A stretch of 64,000 bases of DNA from Oscillospiraceae bacterium. GTDB taxonomy: Bacteria > Bacillota > Clostridia > Oscillospirales > Oscillospiraceae. The notes below the pieces were generated by a model that was not told the DNA's origin, ran no database searches, and saw nothing but the letters and a program-made list of their open reading frames with translations. The DNA lies in the NCBI GenBank assembly GCA_017416245.1, contig JAFQCX010000022.1:7295-71294 (forward strand), read 5' to 3'. The translations under genes were made by a program, and so were the position numbers. Of the stretch, positions 57,255-64,000 are shown piece by piece; the first letter of the stretch is position 1, and each line of letters starts with the position of its first letter.

Positions 57255-58229
57255 ATGAAGAAACTGATGTATATAGAGCTGGGCGTACTGGCGCTGCTGC
57301 TGGTAGTGGCGGTGGTTGTCTGTTTCACCCTTGCAAAGCCCGTCTTAACGCCGGACACATCTATCAGCACCACCAACGAAACTGAAGTCTCTACCACGGA
57401 AACCACGGTTTTTGTGCCCGTGTGGAACACCTATCCTGCCAGCCGGCAGCTCCTTGCCCAGCAGTACTTTGTGTATGACTGCAAGGCAAACACCTTCTTG
57501 GTTTCCTCGGGAACGGAAAATGAACGGATCTATCCTGCCAGCATCACAAAGCTGTTCACCGCCTATGTGGCTATGCAGTATGTAGACCCGGAAACCGAAA
57601 TCACTGCCGGTGATGAGCTGGATCTGGTAGCCTGGGGCTCCTCCGTCGCCAAGATCAAAAAGGGCGATACCCTCACCGCCGGTCAGCTGGTGGAGGCTAT
57701 GATCCTGCCCAGCGGCAACGATGCCGCCTATATGCTGGCCTGTGAGGCAGGTCGGGTGATCAAGGATGATCCTGACTTAAGTCCGTCGGCAGCGGTGCAG
57801 GCCTTTATGACCCAAATGAACACCAAAGCCAAAGAGGCGGGAATGACCGGCACCAACTTCGTCAATCCCGACGGCATTCACGACAGCCAGCACTACACCA
57901 CCTTTGCCGATCTGGTGATCCTCGGCAAGCTCTCTATGCAAAACGCAACCATTATGGAGCACGCCGTTACTCCCAACAAGCTGGTGGAGCTTCACGGGGA
58001 GACCATTGAATGGAAGAACACCAATCAGCTGGTGAATCCCGCTATGCCCTACTACTGCCCCTACGCGGTAGGCCTGAAAACAGGACAGACCCCCTCGGCA
58101 GGATCCTGCCTGCTGTCCGCCTTCCGTATGGATGACAAGGAATTGCTGATCGGCGTATTCGGCTGCCCCGAAGAAGAGGACCGCTTTGACGACACCCTGC
58201 AGCTGTTTAATCAAATCGTATTGGAATAA
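57255..58229 (+). CDS. D-alanyl-D-alanine carboxypeptidase (S11)
   Basis: PASITK, SGNDAA, NPDG and KTG motifs; N-terminal TM. Confidence 0.9.
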   Translation: MKKLMYIELGVLALLLVVAVVVCFTLAKPVLTPDTSISTTNETEVSTTETTVFVPVWNTYPASRQLLAQQYFVYDCKANTFLVSSGTENERIYPASITKLFTAYVAMQYVDPETEITAGDELDLVAWGSSVAKIKKGDTLTAGQLVEAMILPSGNDAAYMLACEAGRVIKDDPDLSPSAAVQAFMTQMNTKAKEAGMTGTNFVNPDGIHDSQHYTTFADLVILGKLSMQNATIMEHAVTPNKLVELHGETIEWKNTNQLVNPAMPYYCPYAVGLKTGQTPSAGSCLLSAFRMDDKELLIGVFGCPEEEDRFDDTLQLFNQIVLE

Positions 58230-58232
58230 CGG

Positions 58233-58263
58233 AAAATCCGCAGCGGTAACCGCTGCGGATTTT
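58233..58263. terminator. Bidirectional terminator
   Basis: aaaatccgcagcgg-taa-ccgctgcggatttt. Confidence 0.85.
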
Positions 58264-58266
58264 GTT

Positions 58267-59253
58267 TTATAGCTCATATTCCCAGTTTCCGTAAGGCACG
58301 CCGCCCATGGAATATTTATAGGTCTCATCCCCCCGGGACAGGTCTAAGTTGCGAACGGACGTGGTTTCTATGAGATTTCGCACCGTTTCCGCGATCAAAA
58401 GATTTCCCGGGCAGTAGAGGGAATATTTTCCGTTAATTGCCAGTCTGGGAATCACCGCCCGTGTACCGTCCACCGTGGTAAAGCCACCCATAAAGCCTGC
58501 CATTTCATCGTCGATAAACAAGAACGACCACATTCTGTTATCGCTTTTTTGCAGCGACAGGGAAACCGCCTGGAAGTATTCCTTAATGAATACCTCCCAG
58601 GGCTTCATATTGTGATGATACCGCGCATTGGCCCGGTCTGTATAGATGCGGTAGGCCTGCTTGGTATAAGCCTTGCTCTCTCCGCCGCCCACGAAGGTCT
58701 CCACACGGAAGGTTTTTCCCTCCCGGGTAAGGCGATTCTTTGCGGTGCGGTTGTTTTGCCGGACGCTTTTGGACAGGCAGGCGAAATAGGCATCGTAGTC
58801 ATCCCCAAAGGGGATATTGACGCAGGTTTGAGGGGTATCTGCGCATTTGTATGTACGGGACAACAGCTGATTCAGCTTAGAGCCCTCGGGGAGCTTATTG
58901 ATCCGCAGGGAGCCGATAGTCTTTTTGAGGGCGGTAACGACCTCCTGCAGCGTTTCCTCGGCAACGTCCTGGCTATAGACAAAATCCAAATGGCCTGTTG
59001 GTGACCAGTCACCTCCAAGATATCGCTTTCCCTTGCGCTGGATCACGGGAATGATGCAGATGATCTCCCCGTCTTTTACCGCCGCGTAGCACAGATACCG
59101 AAAGCCGATCCTGTTAAAAGACACCCACAGGTACTTTTTATATACCTTTTGGAAGGCGTAGTCCATATAAGGCGGCAGATTTTTACCCGCCGCATATAAT
59201 CTGTTCCAATCCTTTTTCAGCGCGGAAAAGGGTATTTTCTTTATCTCTACCAT
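58267..59253 (-). CDS. GNAT family protein (CelD/BcsL-like)
   Basis: Y...LSKSVRQN.R, YCPGNLL and LDLSRGDETYK motifs; start MVEIK. Confidence 0.8.
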   Translation of the reverse strand: MVEIKKIPFSALKKDWNRLYAAGKNLPPYMDYAFQKVYKKYLWVSFNRIGFRYLCYAAVKDGEIICIIPVIQRKGKRYLGGDWSPTGHLDFVYSQDVAEETLQEVVTALKKTIGSLRINKLPEGSKLNQLLSRTYKCADTPQTCVNIPFGDDYDAYFACLSKSVRQNNRTAKNRLTREGKTFRVETFVGGGESKAYTKQAYRIYTDRANARYHHNMKPWEVFIKEYFQAVSLSLQKSDNRMWSFLFIDDEMAGFMGGFTTVDGTRAVIPRLAINGKYSLYCPGNLLIAETVRNLIETTSVRNLDLSRGDETYKYSMGGVPYGNWEYEL

Positions 59254-59419
59254 AGTGCCTTCTCTTCCTTTCGGTCTATGTTCCGACACCTTTATTATAC
59301 ACCCCAAAATCACACAATGCAACACAGTAAATGGTTGCCCGGAAACATTGACAGAAGCCTCCCGAAAACTTATAATAGGACTTACTTGAACGGTGCTATG
59401 CAGAAAGAGAGGAACATAG

Positions 59420-61147
59420 ATGCTAAAACGCTTTATTGCCTATTATAAGCCCCATAAGCTGATGTTTACATTGGATATGATCGCCGCATTTTTCATATCC
59501 CTGATCGGTATGGTCTACCCTATGGTCACCAACCAAATGCTGAACGATCTGATCCCCAACCGCCGTTACCGGGAGATCGTGATCGCCGGCATTGCGGTGC
59601 TTATCCTGTATGTTTTACGTATGCTGCTGCGGTATTTTGTCCAGTATTACGGCCACGTGATGGGCGTGCGTATGCAAAAGCAAATGCGCACAGATCTGTT
59701 CTCCCATTTGGAGAAGCTGCCCTATTCCTTCTTTGACAATCACGAAACAGGCAGCATTATGACCCGCCTCACCAGCGACCTGTTTGAGGTCAGCGAGCTT
59801 GCCCACCACGGCCCTGAGAATCTGTTCATTTGCGCGGTGATGATCGTGGGCTCATTCATTTACCTGTGCTCCATTGACCTGTATTTAACACTGATTATTT
59901 TTGCCTGCATTCCCATTATGCTGACGGTTTCCATCATCACCCGCAGGCAGATGCGGGATGCCTTTGCCGCCCGCAGAAAGAGCAACGCCACCATCAATGC
60001 CGCCATTGAATCCAGCATTACAGGCATTCGCGTTACCAAGGCCTTTACCAACTCTGTCAAGGAGCTGGAGAAGTTTGAGGTGGGCAACAACGCATTTGTG
60101 GAGGCAAGCCGCAAGGCCTATCTGGCAATGGCAAAATTCCACTCCTCCACCTCCTTTGTCACCGACATTTTCAATGTAATTATTCTGATTGCCGGCGGTC
60201 TGTTCCTGTATGGCGGTCGCATCAATTTTGCCGATTACTCCACCTTTATCATCTCGGTGAATCTGTTTATCAACCCCATTACCACCCTCATCGGTTTCGT
60301 GGAGCAATACCAAAACGGTGTTTCCGGCTTCAAGCGGTTTTTGGAAATTATGGACGAGCCTGCAGAGCAGGAAGCTCCCGATGCCAAGCCCTTGGAAAAC
60401 GTGCAGGGGGATATTGAATTCCGCGATGTATCTTTCCACTACGACACCACCGCCGATGTGCTGGAGAACATCAATCTGAACATTCGCAAGGGTGATATAA
60501 TGGCGCTGGTAGGACCCTCCGGCGGCGGCAAAACCACCATCTGCCACCTGCTTCCCCGTTTTTACGGGCTGACAGAGGGCGTGATCACCATTGACGGGCA
60601 GGATATTTCCAAGCTGACCCTGGAATCCCTGCGGAAAAACATCGGCATCGTGCAGCAGGATGTGTTCCTGTTTAACGGCAGCATCCGGGACAACATTCTG
60701 TATGGCCGGCTGGATGCCACCGAGGAGGAGGTCATCGCCGCCGCCAAGCGTGCCAACATTCACGATTATGTGATGTCTTTGGAAAAGGGCTACGACACGG
60801 AGATCGGTGAACGGGGCGTTCGCCTGTCCGGCGGTCAGAAGCAGCGGCTTTCCATCGCCCGGGTATTTTTGAAAGACCCCGCTATCTTGATTCTGGACGA
60901 GGCTACCTCCGCACTGGATAACACCACGGAGATCCTCATTCAGGAATCTTTGGACGAGCTTTGCAAGGGCAGGACCACCATTGTGGTTGCCCACCGCCTG
61001 TCCACCATCAAGCGCGCCAACTCCATTGCGGTGATCTCCGGCAGTAAAATCGCTGAGCAGGGCACCCACGAAGAGCTGATGGCGCTAAACGGCATTTATA
61101 AGAATCTGTACAGCCTGCAGTTCCGGGATGAGGAGCTGCCTGCATAA
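59420..61147 (+). CDS. ABC exporter, fused permease/ATPase
   Basis: ELAHHGPE, GPSGGGKTT, LSGGQKQ and LDEATSALD motifs. Confidence 0.92.
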   Translation: MLKRFIAYYKPHKLMFTLDMIAAFFISLIGMVYPMVTNQMLNDLIPNRRYREIVIAGIAVLILYVLRMLLRYFVQYYGHVMGVRMQKQMRTDLFSHLEKLPYSFFDNHETGSIMTRLTSDLFEVSELAHHGPENLFICAVMIVGSFIYLCSIDLYLTLIIFACIPIMLTVSIITRRQMRDAFAARRKSNATINAAIESSITGIRVTKAFTNSVKELEKFEVGNNAFVEASRKAYLAMAKFHSSTSFVTDIFNVIILIAGGLFLYGGRINFADYSTFIISVNLFINPITTLIGFVEQYQNGVSGFKRFLEIMDEPAEQEAPDAKPLENVQGDIEFRDVSFHYDTTADVLENINLNIRKGDIMALVGPSGGGKTTICHLLPRFYGLTEGVITIDGQDISKLTLESLRKNIGIVQQDVFLFNGSIRDNILYGRLDATEEEVIAAAKRANIHDYVMSLEKGYDTEIGERGVRLSGGQKQRLSIARVFLKDPAILILDEATSALDNTTEILIQESLDELCKGRTTIVVAHRLSTIKRANSIAVISGSKIAEQGTHEELMALNGIYKNLYSLQFRDEELPA

Positions 61148-61175
61148 AAACACATAACGAAAGGAGTGGCCGCCA

Positions 61176-62693
61176 ATGGAATCAAAGGATAGCTATATCA
61201 AAAGAAGCAGCGGTATTTTGATGCCGATCTTTTCCCTGCCGTCACCTTACGGCATCGGCACATTGGGAAAGGCCGCCCGGGATTTTGTGGACTTTCTTGC
61301 AGCGGCAGGGCAGGCCTGGTGGCAGATCCTGCCTGTAGGCCCTACCACTTATGGGGATTCTCCCTACCAAAGCCCTTCCTCCTTTGCGGGAAACCCCTAC
61401 TTTATCGATTTGGATTCTCTGAAAGAGGATGGTCTGCTGACGCAGAAAGAAATTGACGCTGTCAACTGGGGCGATGACCCCGCCCGCGTGGACTACAATG
61501 CCCTCTATCAAAACCGCTATCCTCTGCTGAAAAAGGCTATGGAGCGGGGCTGGGAGCGGGACCAAAAGGCGGTTTCCGCATTTGTGGCAGAAAATGCCGG
61601 CTGGCTGCCGGATTATGCCCTGTTTATGGCGCTTAAAAAGCATTTTCATATGGCAAGCTGGCTGGATTGGCCGGATAAAAATGCCCGTCTTCGCAAACGC
61701 GATACGCTGGATAGCTACCGCGCCAAACTGGACGGGGACATTCGCCTGTATACCTATATACAATACTTGTTCTTTAAGCAATGGAATGATTTGCGGACCT
61801 ATGCCCACGGAAAGGGCGTTGGCATTATTGGGGATATGCCCATTTATGTGGCGCTGGATTCTGCTGATGTGTGGGCATCCCCGGAAAGCTTCCAACTGGA
61901 CAAGAACGGCTTTCCTGTGGATGTGGCAGGTGTGCCGCCCGATTATTTTTCCGCAGACGGCCAGCTGTGGGGCAATCCCCTTTACAACTATGAGGAAATG
62001 GAAAAAACCGGGTTCGGCTGGTGGATCCGCCGTGTAGACGGTGCTTCCAAGCTATACGATGTGCTGCGCATTGACCATTTCCGCGGCTTTGCCGCTTATT
62101 GGGCTGTGCCCTATGGCGAAAAAACCGCCGTGAACGGCCGCTGGATCAAGGGCCCGGGAATGTCCCTTTTAGGTGTTCTGAAAAACTGGTTCCCCAACAT
62201 CCGCTTCATTGCGGAGGATCTGGGCGCCCCCTCCCCGGATGTGGCGCAGCTACTGACCGATTCCGGCTTCCCCGGTATGAAGGTTCTGGAATTTGCCTTT
62301 GATGCAGATGACTCCAGCAGTTATCTGCCCCACGCCTATGAACAGAACTGCATTTGCTACGCAGGCACCCACGACAACGACACCCTGACCGGCTGGATCG
62401 CCCAATGTAAGCCGGCGGATCTGCAAAAAGCGGTAAAATACCTTGGGCTGAACAAGGAAGAAGGCTATGTTTGGGGTGTGCTGCGGGGTGGTATGAGCAG
62501 CGTAGCCTGCCTGTTTGTGGCGCAGCTGCAGGATTATCTGGAGCTGGACTCCCAGGCCCGCATAAACACCCCCGGCTCTACGGAAGGTAACTGGCAATGG
62601 CGTATGCGCAAAGGCGCTCTCACCAAGGCCCTTGCAGCCCGCATTGCCGCAATGACCGCCCTTTACGACCGTACAAACAACGGCGTGGGCTGA
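61176..62693 (+). CDS. malQ: 4-alpha-glucanotransferase (amylomaltase, GH77)
   Basis: SPYQ, GVPPDYFS.DGQLWGNP, RIDHFRG, AEDLG and THDN motifs. Confidence 0.96.
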   Translation: MESKDSYIKRSSGILMPIFSLPSPYGIGTLGKAARDFVDFLAAAGQAWWQILPVGPTTYGDSPYQSPSSFAGNPYFIDLDSLKEDGLLTQKEIDAVNWGDDPARVDYNALYQNRYPLLKKAMERGWERDQKAVSAFVAENAGWLPDYALFMALKKHFHMASWLDWPDKNARLRKRDTLDSYRAKLDGDIRLYTYIQYLFFKQWNDLRTYAHGKGVGIIGDMPIYVALDSADVWASPESFQLDKNGFPVDVAGVPPDYFSADGQLWGNPLYNYEEMEKTGFGWWIRRVDGASKLYDVLRIDHFRGFAAYWAVPYGEKTAVNGRWIKGPGMSLLGVLKNWFPNIRFIAEDLGAPSPDVAQLLTDSGFPGMKVLEFAFDADDSSSYLPHAYEQNCICYAGTHDNDTLTGWIAQCKPADLQKAVKYLGLNKEEGYVWGVLRGGMSSVACLFVAQLQDYLELDSQARINTPGSTEGNWQWRMRKGALTKALAARIAAMTALYDRTNNGVG

Positions 62694-62854
62694 TTCCCCC
62701 ATACAAACGACCCGGACATCCCATAAATGTCCGGGTCGTGTTCTGCAATTCCAAATTTTTCTATAATAATGCAACCAAAATGTTATTATTATGTTGCAAG
62801 CTCACACATATCGTGGTATATTTAACATATTCGTGTAATTAAGGAGTCTTCATT

Positions 62855-63643
62855 ATGAAAATTCTGACTTGTATCAAACAGGTACCCGGATCCAACAATG
62901 TAGAGGTAGATCCCGTTACCGGCGTACTAAAGCGTAGCGGTGTATCCAGCAAGATCAATCCCTATGACCTGTATGCCATAGAGGCGGCGTTGGCGCTGAA
63001 AGAGCAATTTGGCGGCAGCGTGGACACGATCACGATGGGGCCGCCTCAGGCAAAGGCTGTGATCGAAGAGGCTGTTTGTATGGGTGCGCGGCAGGGCACG
63101 GTCCTGTCTGACAGGAAATTCGCCGGCGCAGATGTTCTGGCAACTGCGTATACTCTGGCGCAGGGAATTCGTAAATGCGGTCAATACGATCTGATCATTT
63201 GCGGCAAGCAGACCACCGACGGCGATACTGCTCAGGTAGGCGCCGAGGTAGCAGAGTATTTAGGGATTCCCAACGTGGCCAATGTTTTATCGGTTGACGG
63301 CTACCGGGATGGCAAGCTGCAACTGACTGTCAGTTTGGACGAGGCCGTTATATGTGAGGAAATCGCCCTTCCTTGTCTGATCAGTATGGATTCTGATGTG
63401 AACACCCCCCGTCTGCCCTCCTACAAGGTCAAGCGGACGCTGACTGATGATGTTATCCGCTTTTTAAGCTTTGCGGACTTTGAGGACCAAAACCCCGACC
63501 ACTACGGACTATCCGGCTCTGCTACGCAGGTGGAACGGATCTTCCCGCCTGAAAAGGTATCGGAAAAGCAGACCGTCACCGGGGACGCAGAAACCCAGGC
63601 TCAGACTCTGTTCTCCCTGCTCAAGCAGCGGAAAATGCTGTAA
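62855..63643 (+). CDS. etfB: Electron transfer flavoprotein beta subunit
   Basis: CIKQVP, INPYD, FAGADVLAT and GKQTTDGDTAQVG motifs. Confidence 0.94.
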   Translation: MKILTCIKQVPGSNNVEVDPVTGVLKRSGVSSKINPYDLYAIEAALALKEQFGGSVDTITMGPPQAKAVIEEAVCMGARQGTVLSDRKFAGADVLATAYTLAQGIRKCGQYDLIICGKQTTDGDTAQVGAEVAEYLGIPNVANVLSVDGYRDGKLQLTVSLDEAVICEEIALPCLISMDSDVNTPRLPSYKVKRTLTDDVIRFLSFADFEDQNPDHYGLSGSATQVERIFPPEKVSEKQTVTGDAETQAQTLFSLLKQRKML

Positions 63644-63657
63644 AGGAGGCGCTTACA

Positions 63658-64000
63658 ATGGGAAAGCTGATTATTAACCATACCCTTGTTACCCCCGAAA
63701 AGGCTACAGACCTTGTTTCACTTTGCCCCTTTGGCGCTATTTCCTATGAGGATGGAAAGCTTGACATTTCCTCCGGGTGCAAAATGTGTAAAATGTGTGT
63801 CCGCAAGAGTCAGGGACTTGTCACCTTTGAAGAAGCGCAAACGGAACTGGACAAATCTCTCTGGCGGGGTATTTGCGTTTATGCCGATTGCACCGGCGGG
63901 AAGCTTCATCGGGTAACCTTTGAGCTTTGCGGCAAGGCAAAAGAGTTGGCAAAAGTAACAGGACATCCTGTATACGCACTTCTCATTGGACATAAAACAG
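63658..64000 (+). CDS. etfA: Electron transfer flavoprotein alpha subunit with N-terminal Fe-S domain (truncated by window end; not in the ORF track)
   Basis: Manual translation MGKLIIN...LCPFGAI...GCKMCKMC...VTFELCGKAKELA; SD aaggagg. Confidence 0.88.
   Translation, partial: MGKLIINHTLVTPEKATDLVSLCPFGAISYEDGKLDISSGCKMCKMCVRKSQGLVTFEEAQTELDKSLWRGICVYADCTGGKLHRVTFELCGKAKELAKVTGHPVYALLIGHKT

Noticed and set aside
62755-62845. Rex or GntR-type operator upstream of etfB
   Set aside because: Only weak imperfect palindromes; cannot be supported by eye
1-64000. tRNA, rRNA, prophage, transposase/RAYT, integrase or known defence genes
   Set aside because: None recognisable; the enzymes mobilising the repeats and MITE-like elements are not in this window

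Overview
A 64-kb stretch of a spore-forming Clostridia chromosome (probably Oscillospiraceae-like; inferred from gene content and style), mostly housekeeping. Genes include: ymdB-yhaO-yhaN-ridA-mgtC, rplU-prp-rpmA-obgE, a divergent threonine/aspartate pathway cluster with a TrpXYZ-like ABC transporter, glgP, an orphan sugar-ABC ATPase (MsmX/MalK type), spo0A, queT, a uracil permease, a nucleoside ABC transporter, trxAB, nrdR, typA-pdxK, guaB, mini-III/rqcH, the rpmH-rnpA-yidD-yidC-jag operon (without neighbouring dnaA or mnmE), a P-type ATPase, malQ and the start of an etfB-etfA operon. I see no prophage, transposase, CRISPR, rRNA or tRNA. The notable signal is intergenic. (1) The msmX leader has a perfect Shine-Dalgarno with no adjacent start codon, separated from the real AUG by a foldable ~105-nt multi-stem RNA, and the ATPase carries a Lys/Arg-rich insert. 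(2) A 220-bp fold-back MITE-like element sits in the typA stop codon and displaces the pdxK ribosome-binding site; a relative lies between rpmH and rnpA. (3) There are two families of REP-like palindromes (GTAG- and TGTC-tagged), one pair inside a preQ1-I riboswitch leader. (4) preQ1-I and yybP-ykoY riboswitches, an L21 leader and a cluster of 0A boxes are present. (5) There are a few uncharacterised accessory genes: an AraC plus putative glycoside hydrolase, a Cys/His-repeat lipoprotein and an AT-rich XRE regulator. All calls come from reading the sequence by eye; no searches or folding programs were run.
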